Part shown: in pieces, positions 13,820 through 40,652 of the stretch
Numbering within the stretch: position 1 is the first letter of the stretch
Layout: each line of letters starts with the position of its first letter
Assembly (NCBI GenBank): GCA_051294375.1
Contig: CM119265.1
Coordinates: 26,139,748-26,203,747, forward strand
DNA: 64,000 nt
Reading direction: 5' to 3'
DNA from: Paraspadella gotoi
Taxonomy: Eukaryota > Animalia > Chaetognatha
Translations under genes and position numbers: made by a program
Notes under the pieces: generated by a model
The model's database searches: none
What the model was told of the DNA's origin: nothing
What the model saw: only the letters and a program-made list of their open reading frames with translations

Positions 13820-15430
13820 ATACCTCACTCGGAGCCAATATTTAGTTTATTTTTTTATATATTTTTATGCCGGTCCTGGAGGATGATATCAATATTCACT
13901 TTGCCAGGGAAAACCGTTATTTAAATTCCTACAATGGTTTTCGAGATATAATTCATAAACGTTTCAGGCCTTAGAGGCAAAATTTGTCAGAATAAATTTT
14001 CGAGTATATCTTCTATAGTATTCTGACGCGCTAGTACAAACTATTTAAAAAAAAAGAGGAAAACGTTTTGCTGATTTCTTCCAGCATAATCCATAAATGT
14101 GTAAGACGATGGGTTAACCTGAAAGGTGATAATGTCTTCTAGAGGACGGAAAATTTTTTTCTTTAAGTTTTATTTTAAAAAATTAGTAGTTACCAATAGG
14201 GGAAAATTGAGATACTCCCGCTTGCTGAAATTTATTTAACAAAGATTTTGTTACTTGCGTATGTTTCAAATCCTTAGTTCTCTCACAGGTTAAAAAAAAG
14301 TTATTTCTTGAATAACTTTGGAAAGAAAAGAGGTAGGAAAGTGGGTGCAGGGTATTAAATTAAGCCCTAATCATGGACACCTCTCTGAAATAGGTTTTAT
14401 TAAATTTTACCATAATTATCTTTACAAGCTTTTATTTAAATCGATTTGGTTAAAAGTATAACAGTTTTTTGCATTAAAAAATTTGTAATGAAGGCATGTT
14501 GAAATTTTTTTCTCTTTCTAATTTGAAAAAAGGAAAGACTAAATTACATTTGATTACCATTTAAATTTGCTCTACTCTATAATTTTGCTTGTATTTTTTA
14601 GTTAAGTAAAAAAACAAGCAAAAATTTATGAAGTATCTGGATAAAATGTTTTTTTAAATATGGAAAAATGATAAATTACAAAATATTTTCAGATTGCATA
14701 TAAAACAGTCTGTTCGACGTTTTCTACCTTCTTCTGTGAAAAAAAATTGTCATTTTTTCATTATCTTCAACTGCAAACAAATAAGCTTGGACCACGCTGC
14801 TTGTTTTAATTATAATAAAATTTTTAAAAAATTACATTAAGCTTGGCGACATGATTTGACAAAGCAAGACCATCAATTGTTGTTTATTTGTATGATAATT
14901 TTCTTTTTAAATATAACAACCTTTATACAAGGTATTTAATCTTTTACTTATCATCCGTTTTTAAATTAAGAAAAAAAAATTTCGCGGAATAGCCCATTGG
15001 AAAGGGTTCATTGACTGACAATGATCGAATTTTTTTAGATTTTCTTACTGCCCCCATTCACAAGACATAAAAAGTCATGATTATCAGTCAGTATTGTCCA
15101 GTATTATCTGTACCCTTTCTGCAACCTGCATTCATGAATTTTGCTTTTTTTTCCCTTTTCAAATGTATTAAATAAAAAAAATTATTTAGCGAAGAACGAT
15201 TGGCGTGGAGGGATGCCATTGGTAAGCCTTAGTTACCCCACTTCCCGATGTGAATTTAAACGAGGTTTTTCATCTATTTCGAGACATAACACTAACTATT
15301 GGTACTATTAATTTTTTTTTTTTTCATGAAATTTTGCCGTAATCAGAGAAACGTTTAGCGTGTTCAAAAAAATATGGAAAAAAAAGAGAAAAACGTTCTG
15401 ACAAATTAAAAAATTTATGGAGGAATTCTA
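13820..15430. mobile_element. Putative non-autonomous insertion, ~1.6 kb, flanked by 10-bp direct repeat ATTGAAGTAG
   Basis: ATTGAAGTAG occurs at 13810-13819 and 15431-15440. The copy at 7248-7257 has a single ATTGAAGTAG joining the same flanks. No ORF and only weak terminal inverted similarity. Confidence 0.45.
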
Positions 15431-15977
15431 ATTGAAGTAGTAAATAGAAGAAGAAATCTGGGAGGAAAGGAAGGATAATGGCAAGATAAAATGAGAAGAG
15501 AAGGAGAGGAAGAAGGGGAGGAAGGGAGGAAGAAAAGGAGGAAAGGGAGGAAGAAGCGGAGGAAGGGCGAAAGGAAAAGAAGAGAGAAGGGAAGGAAGGA
15601 ATAGAGAGAGGGAGGAAGGCGAAGAGGGAGAAAAAAGGACGGAAAGGAGAGGAAGAAAGCGTGGAAGGAACGGGATAAAAAGAGAAAGCGAGAGGAAGAA
15701 GCGGAGAAAGGGAGAAAAAAGGAGGAAAGAGAGAGGAAGAAGGCGGAGGGAAGGGGAGGAAAGAAAAGCAAGGAATAGGAGAAGAAGAAGCGGAAGGGGG
15801 AGAAAAAATGAGGAAAGAAGAAGAAAGTAGATGAAGAACTTCGAGTGAAAAGCGACTCGCCTTGGAGATGAGAGAGACCGAGAAGAGAGAGAGAGATGAG
15901 AGTAGAGAGAGAGAGAGAGAGAGAGAAGAGAGAGAGAAGAGAGAGGAGAGAGNNNNNNNNNNNNNNNNNNNNNNNNN

Positions 15978-16015
<38 letters not shown>

Positions 16016-16516
16016 TGGTAGATTAGGCGACAGGATTCCCATCGGGCTTGCTCGAGCAAATCCGGCGAGGATATCTGGGAAGATCACTGAATCACTGGAT
16101 GATCTTTGTTGAATCACGCAATCATTCACGATCCTGAATGACTCTTCTCTTCTGTGAATTATCGTCTGACTCATTTAGCAATAAGTCTTATTATAATAAA
16201 TCCCGGTCTCTCTCACATACTCTGGTTATATTTGTTTTTACGTTTTGATTAATCATTAAGTATTTTCTCATTTTACTCGGAGTTATATTTTATCTTCTTG
16301 ATTGAGGTCGATAAGAACCTCGAGACATTCGCTTGGGGTCAGAGCGACCGTGAATTTAAAACAATAAGGGAGATCAAAAAAAATGAAGTTGTTTGTGAAT
16401 TGAAGATCCGGGATAAACATGACATGACATGGGGAAAAAATATGTTCGTTATTGTGTGAGTTCACATAAATCGAGTCTACCCTTAAATATTTAGATCAGC
16501 GATGACGATAATTAAC

Positions 16517-16553
<37 letters not shown>

Positions 16554-16798
16554 AACGACGACGACGACGCAAATTTATTCGGTCACTACATCGACCCGCA
16601 TATTTAGGTCATTTTGAAAAATAACTATGACGGAAATCGAGAGAAAAGATTCTTTCGTGAATCTAAAGTCGATTAAATTTTTCTTAAATCTGAAAATTTG
16701 AAATAAAAATTCAATAAAAGAACCAAAGAAATCTATATATTCTTTGTCAATCTGTTTTATATTAAAAAAAACTAAACACGTATTTAACGTAAAAAAAA

Positions 16799-29928
<13,130 letters not shown>

Positions 29929-31423
29929 GATTGACTGACTGACTGACTGACTGACTAATAGACTCATTAATTTATTGACTGATTAAATGATTCACTGACT
30001 GATTTTTTCGACCATTGTTCGATTTTGATCGCCTTTGTTCTTTTTTATAATTGCCCATTATAGAAAACAATACTTTTATTGTGAAAATATTTTTTTTTCT
30101 AAACTAGCTGCACAAGACTGTTTGTCGGTTTATAATTTATAATTTTTTCCTTGATTTTCTTTGTGCTTTATTTCCATTCTAATTGATAATATGTTTTCAA
30201 TGCTTAGCAAAATGTTGCTGTTTTTTTTTCCTTAGATAAAACCAGATATTTAATTAGGACTAAATGATCCTTTATTGTTAAAATATATCGAATTACAGAT
30301 AAGCAGAGGCCTCCCGAGGTGTCGAACAGTCGAGCAGAGGGGCAGAGAGAATATTCGAAAGAATTCATTCTCAATAAATTTTGTTGTTGTTGTTGTTATT
30401 GTTGTTGTTGTTGTTGTTGATTCGGGAGGCTCTATCTACCAACATGATAATTAAGCAAATTAAGCTACAAACAGCTGTATGCAATTAGACAAAATTTTAA
30501 CTACAACTTCAATTTAACAACTGGTGAAGAAAAAACCGGAGTAAGAGAACCGGAAAAGATTTATCGATTAATGACAAAGACAAATGTTTAAATAGAAATA
30601 AAGGATTTATAAGTAGATTATTAATAACCTGGGTCTTATTTAAATCAAGTCGCAAAAAAATGAATACAAAAATCATTCAAATATTAAAAAAAAATGACCG
30701 AAAAACTATTTCTTTGAAATTGGGTAAATAGCAGGTAATTGCTGTAAGATTTTTGTCATTTTAGTCGTTTCCAACTGTCGCCTTTTTGAAGAACTGTGAA
30801 CGATGTGAAATGGGGTTTGTCGACAACCTGCTCAAGATTCGAGCTGTGGTTAAAGAATATCACGACCAAAGCTTTAACTTTTTTAACATACATACATACA
30901 TACAGACATACATACATACATACATACATACATACATAATAATGTTCTCTAAAGAAACTCCTTTTTAAATTTGTTAAAATTTCTCACTAGTATGTTTTGA
31001 GAAGTCAACCAAAGGCGTTTTTTTCTTTTCATAACAAGGAAGTAATGACAAGCAAAATACATTTGACTTATAAATAAAGTAAGTTACATTTCTGAGATAC
31101 ATATAGATACATATAGATACATATACATATTCCGGAAAAAGAAAGAAAGAAAAAAAAAGAGCCGCGTCAAAGCGTTTCGAACAAGAGTTTGAAAGACAAA
31201 GAGCGAAAGATTTTAAAAATCGGAAAAAATAGAAAAAAAACTCGTTTAACTCGTTTCTCGGCACCAGATTCCGTTAAAAGTCAGCGGTTTTACAAGTTCT
31301 CAAACATTTTCCTCAAACCTCTTGAAAGTTTTTCGTCCCGAGGCCAAGATTCGACTTCGTCTCCCATCGGTTGGCCCAATCTCTAAACCCAATCTCTAAA
31401 CCCAAACTCTCCGTAAGCCCAAG

Positions 31424-32110
<687 letters not shown>

Positions 32111-32472
32111 TGTCATCATATCTTTAAAGGCGATGCATATTACATTAGAATTACAAATATAATAGAATATTATGTGCCTAAAATAGCAAAAAAAGGGCAT
32201 AATCATTTATATTAATCATCGTAAATTGCGAAGTTTTTATTACAATAGTATTTAATGGTTGGAATTTTAGATCAATATCAAATTTCGCAACAAAGAATTA
32301 AAAAAAAATATTTACATCTTGATTAAACGTTCTAGATGAAGCTAAATTTTGTTCTATTTTAACGGTGTATTAAAATAAATAAAAAAAATTAAAAAATGGT
32401 ATTAAACATTTTAGTTTTGGGAAGAGTATCTGAGGAAGATCAGACAGAGCGAGACAGAGTCACCCATGAAAT

Positions 32473-32535
<63 letters not shown>

Positions 32536-32700
32536 AGAAAGTCTTTTACTGCAGATAAAAATCGAGCATAAGAATCGCGTATCTAAAGCAGATCACTAGC
32601 CAACATCGCTAGTAAAAATAAGAATTACTCTCTGGTCTCTCTCTTACTTTTTCTCCCTCTCTCTCTCGCTCCCTTTCTCTCTCTCTCTCTTCTCTTGTGG

Positions 32701-32888
32701 ATGATCTTGGACGAGGCCTTAAAAGCCTTGGGGTGTACAGCATCCTACCCGACCCGCCAGTGGCTCGTCCTCTTATTCTCCGTCTTCGTTGTCAACCACA
32801 ATTTCTTCAAAGTTCCGATCCTCTCTTGGTTCCCTAAAGCCTTCTGCGTGTATCGGAACAAATCCGGTGGGTGTGGGAGGGAGAGAGG

Positions 32889-32975
<87 letters not shown>

Positions 32976-33023
32976 AGAAAGAAAGGAATGAGAACAACAT
33001 TCATCCTCGATTACAAGTGACCT

Positions 33024-33097
<74 letters not shown>

Positions 33098-36000
33098 ATG
33101 GTCAACTTTGACCTTGTAACTACTCACTGAGCGTTCAAAAAATATTTTTATTTGTCCAATGGAACAAAAGCTAGAATCAAATTAACTTCTACTATCGAAA
33201 CCTCATTCACTGATTAACGATTGTTCCCCCATCTTCTCTCACTCGTTACCCCGAAAGGAGTCTATCCTTACGAAATGACCAAACAAGGTCTAGTCAAGTT
33301 CTTTAGCTTCGCGAGTCGTTGTCACGTGGACTTCAAAGGTCGACCGACCAACTGTACCGAAACGGACTATTCGGAGCCCGACCCTGCCCGACCCAAGTGC
33401 TCCCAGTTGTCCGTCAACGAATTTCCCAGATGCCCGCTCAATGGGTCCAGGTGATTCGGAGGGGTTGGCATGGCGAGGATTGGGTCCAGGCCGGCGGATG
33501 ATCTTGGTACAATGGGAGACAAGGCTATTATTTGGGCTTGGCTTTTCAATGGTTTGGGTTTAGACGATGCTGAGGACTATGTTAAAAGTTAATGTACGTT
33601 TGTAATGCAGAATTAGCAATTATTTATGAAAAAGAGCCATTTACTGAAAACTCATAATTACTTTATAAATCTGTGGATTTGAAATTTTGGCCTTATTTTT
33701 TCCAAAACGCCCCATTTGACGTAATTTGCGAATTAAATTAATTTGTAATTTTAATTTTAAAAAGTTTAAAAAAATTAAGTTAGAAGCTAGGTTTAAGGAT
33801 TAGAGATATGGATTAGAGTTATGGATTAAGGTTAGAGATTTGGGTTTACGGATTTAGGTTTGGGGATTAGGGTTAAAGATTAGGGATTAGGTTTAAGGAT
33901 TAGATTAGGGTTAAGGACCAGGGTAAGGAATTATATTGTAGGCTATAAAATAGATTAAGGGCAAATACTATGGTTAAAATTAAATCTAAGGATTAAGGAA
34001 CATAAATGGAGCGTTTTTGAAAAAAGCGAGCCCAATTTTTTTTATATTTTATAAACACTTAAGATTTGGTGATTAACATCGTTTTATGAGAAAAACGCTT
34101 GTTATTTTTAGTTGATCGATATATTTCGGTTAACATCGCTGAACCATAGTTCATTTTAATAATAACAGTAATCTTTTTTGATACTATTTTTTTTTTTCTA
34201 ATCCAGCATCTTTTACGAATCGGGTCCCGATCGCACGACCGTCACGTCCTTCTCAACCTTCTGCTCAAGATCTTATCTCGTCCGACTCGAAGATGTCGCA
34301 TATTTGTTCGGCAACGTCTTCTCCGCCGTTCTCATGAACCCCGTCGTCGACGACATCGGTTCGTCTCTCCATCCATTTCGTCTCTCCGCTGTCCGGAGTG
34401 GGAATATAGTCCGTTCATCGATCCCTCGTTTGTTCCATTCCCTTCTGCAGGTCGAAAGCCGATCTTACTCGCCAACGCTTTCGGTTTCGTATTGGCCGAT
34501 TTGCTCATGGCCGTGTGCCCGTCTTCCTCCATGTTGATCGCGCTTCGCTTCGTATGCGGAATGTTTTACAACCTCTTATTCGGTGGGATAAGGAGCTACT
34601 CAACTTCTAGAGATATCGATTATAACAGAAAGATACAATTTGTTTTTTCGATTAAGGCACTTGCCTCATTTTGCTGATCGAGTTAACCGCTCCTCATCTC
34701 AGAATGGTCGTCGGATCTATTGTGCAACTTCCTGTATCTTTTTCGCAAATATGTATCCCTCTGACGTCGTTAGGTGATTGAGAAGCCCAAAGTGACGAGC
34801 TGATTTAAGTATTTTTCATTTGGTAGTTTTTTTTTCGGCTTTACTATCAGAAAAATTGAAATATAACGCCGTTTTTACGTCATTTTTAGTCATTCTATAA
34901 TTGTTTGTATTTGTATTAAAAATAATAATATCACTTGACTCCTGTGAATGATGCGTTCATAAGACTGAAGACGACTTCCCTAACTCTTTTAAACCCGTCT
35001 CACAGTAATGTAAAGGGTCTTTTGTACCAGGGTGTGGGAGTTGCTCCGCTCCCAAGGCAGCTTAGGGCAGTCATTAAGCTGCTCCAAATATATAACCTAT
35101 AAGGCAGGTGGCGGTTTAAGATTTAATCTTGTAGCCAATGGTAGTGAATTGATGGCTTAATGCACCAACGACACAGCTGGTAACCAAATAGATAAACCAA
35201 CAGATAACTGGACAGTAGGACCGACATAATTGTATGATATTTGCTCAATTATTATGGGGATGAGCATCGTTTCTAAACTATTGAGTATTTTAATAAATTT
35301 GGTATCGATCGATGAGAAATTTCAAAATACTATCTACATGCAAAATTTCATAAAAATCGGATAATCCGTTCAAAAGTTATGGCAATAAAAACGGTCGCGA
35401 AAATCGCGCTTCAAACCGATAAACTTTCGCTTAAAATCAATTCGTTTTGATCCAACAAGGATCTGTACTACGGTAGTTCTAAGCTTTAGATCGGCGATTC
35501 GGATTAGGCGCGATCCGGGCCTCATAAGAGGTAATTAAATAAGCAAAACCAGGAAAATTATAGAATTCTATAAGTTATAAAGTTATAAAAATACTATAAT
35601 TATGATAGAATATAAAAGAGAAAGATAAAGAACAAAAGTAGGGACCGGAAGTGTTTGGTAAGATTTTTATTTCTCTATTTCCCAAAAAACATAGGGAATT
35701 CGAACCAAGAAAGTAGGCATTTTAAAAAAATTACTGTATAAAAGATATTGAAAGATGAGACTTAATCTTTTAAATACAAACATACAAATATAATTGTAAC
35801 TGTTAAGCAAAAAGTAATATTTTAAATACAATAATTTAGTCCTATTTTTAAAAGTTTCCATTTGTTTGTAACCACAGTATGAAGAAAACAAATTTCGGGG
35901 TAAAACCTGAAGGTAACATATGGTTCTGAAGCCTTTGCTTAACCTTTATCAGCACTTTTAAACCTTGAAAATGAGTCCCCTGATGTCCGACCAATAATAC

Positions 36001-37371
36001 GCCGATAATTTTTTTATAAAAGTTATTTTTAACTGGTTTTAGGAAAAGTGTATGGTAAAACATCTGAGTCAAGTTTGTCTGCAGTAATGTAAGCTTAGTA
36101 TATTTCTACATTGGAAATTCCAGGGTAGTTAAATACGCTAGAAATGTGTGTAGATCATCATGCAGCTTCTGCATTTAGCACTTGTTTAAGCTTATACCTT
36201 TATCAGTCATACTTTTAATACTTGAAAATGCATAGTCCAAACTACTGATGTCTTTCACGACCAGATAATTATCGTCGAACAATGATTATTATATACAGAT
36301 AACAATTGTTATTCGATTTTACTGTGTATCATTAGGTAAATTGATGTATGAGTATAAAATTGGTGTATTCTCTTCCGTATTATGTTAAGAATCTATACAT
36401 GTTTTCTAGACTCTGGTATATTCCATAGTTTAGTAGATTTTGTCTCATACTTTCATTTATTGTTTAATTAAATATCTTTATATTTGATAAAATATTTTTT
36501 CAAAGTTTTAACATGAAAATACAGATACATTTTATCGCAACATTTAATGAAAATATGAAAGAAATTGATAAGTGGTTGGGTAATGGCACGACGTTAAATT
36601 TTTTTTTATCCACAATTTAACACTTTTTTCGCGCTATTCATGATTTTTTCAAGTCGTAAGAATTAAAACCGAAAAAAAATCGGCGGAGATTCTATAGAAA
36701 TTAAAAGGAGGAGGAAAGGGAGGAGAGGAGATAAAAAAAAAGGATTGATGCGATAACGAATTATTAATGTAATAGTAATTGATTGATGTAATAGTAATTT
36801 ATTGATGTAATTGTAATTGATTATTGATGCGATGATAACCAAATATTGAAGCGATGATAACCAAATGATTGATGTGATGATAACCAAATGATTGATGAGA
36901 TGATAGTCATTCATTGACGCGATGAATCAATCATCGTAAATAAAACAAACAAATGCGTGTATGAGTGAAGAGAGAGAGAAAGAAGAGAGAGAGAAGAAAA
37001 GAGAGAGTGAGAGAGAAGAGAAAGAAGAGAGAGAAAAGAGAGAGAGAGAGAAAGAAAGAAGAGAGAGAAAGGAGAGAGACAAAGAAGAAGAGAGAGATAA
37101 AGAAAGATAATAAATCTACGAAAATCTCGGATGTAAATATGGGATTTTGTTTTGAGTAAAAAGCGCGGAATAAATGGCGATAATAAAAGTTTTTAGAAGG
37201 TAAAAAATAATCAGAGAGAGAAGAGAAAAAAAAGAAAAAGCGAAAAAAAAGTGAAAAAAAGAAGAAAAAGTCCTTGTGTGCAACAAACGGTGAACTGCTC
37301 GCGGCATCGTCTTCTACATTGTGAATAAGTGAATAATTTTTTTTTTTTTTTTTTTAAAGAGAGAGAGAGAG

Positions 37372-37402
<31 letters not shown>

Positions 37403-39667
37403 AAAGAAAGAAAGAAAGAAAAAAAGAAAGAAAGAAGAGAGAGAAAGAGAGAGAGAAGAAGCTGGACAGACCCTGCAGAGCCGGAACTCGTTTTTAGACA
37501 AATCAGAAGAAGCAGTGACGGAGAAAAAGAGAAAGAAAGAGAGAGAGAGCGACGGAGAATTAAAAGGGAGAGAGAGAGCTGCTACATATAATTAAAACGT
37601 TTATGTTTTGTAAATAAACATAAATACGAATATTGATATGAAGCATGACAATTTCAAAGATCTTGATGATTAGAAGCCATATCTAAATTTTCAACTCCCA
37701 ATGATATCACACTTTTAATAGCCATGATTAGCAGCTTACTGCGGGCATTTCCATATTGTTTGCTCAAACTTGTTTGATTGCCCATCGCAAATGTTGAAAA
37801 TTCATTATCGCCCTATGGTTTGTGGAAAATCCACCAAGAACAGACCGCGAACCGTTACGTTCCATTCCATCTCGTTTTCGTTCCGTTCGTTCCGTTCGTT
37901 CCGTTTGTTCCGTCATTCCGTTTCGTTCGTTTCGTTCCGTTTCGTTCCGTTTCGTTCCGTTTCGTTCCGTTTCGTTCGTTCGTTCCGTTTCGTTCCGTTT
38001 CGTTCCGTTTCGTTCCGTTCGTTCCGTTCGTCCGTTTCGTTCCGTTCGTTCCGTTTCGTTCCGTTTCGTTCCGTTTCGTTCCGTTTCGTTCCGTTTCGTT
38101 CGTTCGTTCCGTTTCGTTCCGTTTCGTTCCGTTTCGTTCCGTTTCGTTCCGTTTCGTTCGTTCGTTTTCGTTCCGTTTCGTTCCGTTTCGTCGTTTCGTT
38201 CCGTTTCGTTCCGTTTCGTTCCGTTTCGTTCCGTTTCGTTCCGTTTCGTTCCGTTCGTTCCGTCTCGTCGTCTCTCCGTCTCGTTCCGTTAAAATACGGT
38301 AAAGCCATGTTGAAAAGCGGTTTTAATATGGCCCGGATCGCGCTGATCAATCCTTTTTTTGGATCGAAGTCCTCATTAGAAAACCTCTATAACCAGTTTT
38401 AAATACGGCCCGGATTGCCTTAAAAACGGCTTTACCGTGCGATAAACGGACTTCATTCGTATTTGCATGAAATTTAATATAAATAGACTAAATTTAGCCC
38501 CGCGCTCTACCTGAAACAGATAGTAAAAACAATACAGTTTCTTTCGATGGTTTTATAACAAACAAAAAATGAAGGCTTGACTATGCAGTTTTCACCTAAA
38601 AAACCAGTTCATTTGATTGCTTTATCAAGCATTAAAGATTGCAAGAATTTTAAACTTTTCTTTTTTTATTGTGTAGAGAAGACAAAAGGTTATCCGAAAC
38701 CGTATGGATATGATGATTTGTTCTATTTTACAAAAGATCTAGCAGGCTTTTAGGGAAAAGGGAAAAAACGGCCTGACCAGTCAATTTAAATGCCATTTTG
38801 GGATGATAAAATGGGAATTTCGATCGCGCTCTACCTCCGTTGGCTTCCCAAGACGCCAAGCTTTCAAAATATGGCCATATTGATATAATTTTTTGGGGCC
38901 GTGGACTATGCAGTTTTGAATAAAAGTGAAATATTAAAGGAAATCTTTGATCGGAACTTCGATTCGAACGATGCGCAGCCCTAATTATTAATACAGCTTG
39001 ATTTTTTTTTCGTTATTAACATTTCCTGATGCGATATCTCAGCATGTCTACTCTTATCAGACTTATGCTAGCGACTTAATTGGTAATTTTAAGGCAAAAC
39101 GTTTGGCATTTATGGCAATATTGTAGTCGGGCATTGCCTAGGTTCACCCCGCCTATAAGCATGACACCTTCAGTCCTGACCCGGTGGCTCCTTGAGTAAA
39201 GCCATCAGCTCATGACCACTAGGTACCGGGTTCAATCCCAACCAGGTACCTACCCTGTGGGAAGCGTGAGGACGGCCGTAAGCCGCCTTGGGGGTATGGC
39301 AAACCCTTAAGCCTGGTTCCAAGCCCAGGACCCGTTCCATAGCTACTAAAGGGGGTTATAGAAGTTACGGATAGTCATCTTCGGCCCACTTAGCGCCTTA
39401 TCCACACTATAAGATTTTAAATGACATCTTATTATGAATTATTTGGCCACTATAAAATCCTTCAAATTATTATTATTATTATTATAATTATCATTTTCAG
39501 CGATTCCGTGGTGGCGCTGGTGGATCGGGTTCGAGACCATCCTCTTCCTCTTTTCCTTCGGCTTCCTCTTCACCGTTCCCGAAAGTCTTCGTTGGCTTCT
39601 CTGCCAATACGCCAAGGATCCGTTGCATTTTAAATCGGAGGCGTTGGCCAGAAAATCCTTGAAGGTT

Positions 39668-39712
<45 letters not shown>

Positions 39713-40594
39713 CCGCCTTAGTGAGACAGAGAGTGAGACAGATCCCCCCATTTTCCATTCTTCAAGCGTCTCGTCCAGTCCCGCATTCGTCACCGGCCGA
39801 GTCCTCGCAACATCACAGCTTTGGTGGCGATGGATGAAGAGCTGGAGTTCGAAGGGACTCTCACCATCGGGACTTTCGTCACGAGTCAGTCTCACGTAGA
39901 GTCTCCTCAACCCTAACTCTAATCCGCTAATCCTTAACTCTAATATCCTAATCCTTAACCTAATCCCTAACATAATCTTCAAACCTAAAAACCTTTGGAA
40001 GTTGGGAACATAACATCACTTAATTTAAGGATTTATTTATATATTTTTCTGGATCCTTTTCTTTATTATGCAGTTAACAATTTTTAGGGACGGACGTAAA
40101 AGAGATTGAAATATCGCGACAACCAAGTCGAACTTCGAGTGGTAGATCATCAGTGGTTGTTGTTGTTGTTGTAGAGACAATGATTGTAATAATTGTTGTG
40201 AGTTAGAAACAGAACTGTTCAATATAAGCAGTCCCTGAGCTTCGGATCAGGCTGTAACACCGTGATGCACGCGGGGTAAGCGCCCCGTCCTTCTTAACTG
40301 CTAGGCGACCACCGGGTTAGAACCTCGAACCATTGGGTTGGTAGGCGCAGGACTTGCCTCCCGCACCATTGGCCGCTGATCAACGGCTGATGGATTTTAG
40401 TCCACAATAAAATGAAAAAAACTTAGTTAATAAATGAATTAAATATTCTCAGATGAGGAAGCCAAGTCAACTGTTGTCCTATCTTCGTTTTCGTTAGAAC
40501 GTCCTTCATTGAAAGAGAAAACCTCCCAACAAAATTCACCGCGTAAAAAATTGATCGACAGTGACTGACTGACTGCTGACTGAAGATTCCGACA

Positions 40595-40652
<58 letters not shown>

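Noticed and set aside
33780-33990. Telomere or chromosome-fusion relic
   Set aside because: The repeats are short, degenerate and enclosed by MITE-type ends found at several sites.
35848-36270. pogo-like DDE transposase fragment (VLLVGHQGTH…MLP)
   Set aside because: The catalytic Asp is absent and the same DNA motif recurs ~270 bp away, indicating a non-coding internal repeat.
37770-38402. ORFs of 145-210 aa in several frames
   Set aside because: They arise from the GTTCC/GTTTC satellite.
39178-39250. Functional tRNA gene (also 40305-40377 minus)
   Set aside because: The anticodon and T stems do not pair properly and each continues into a repeat body, so both were treated as SINE heads.
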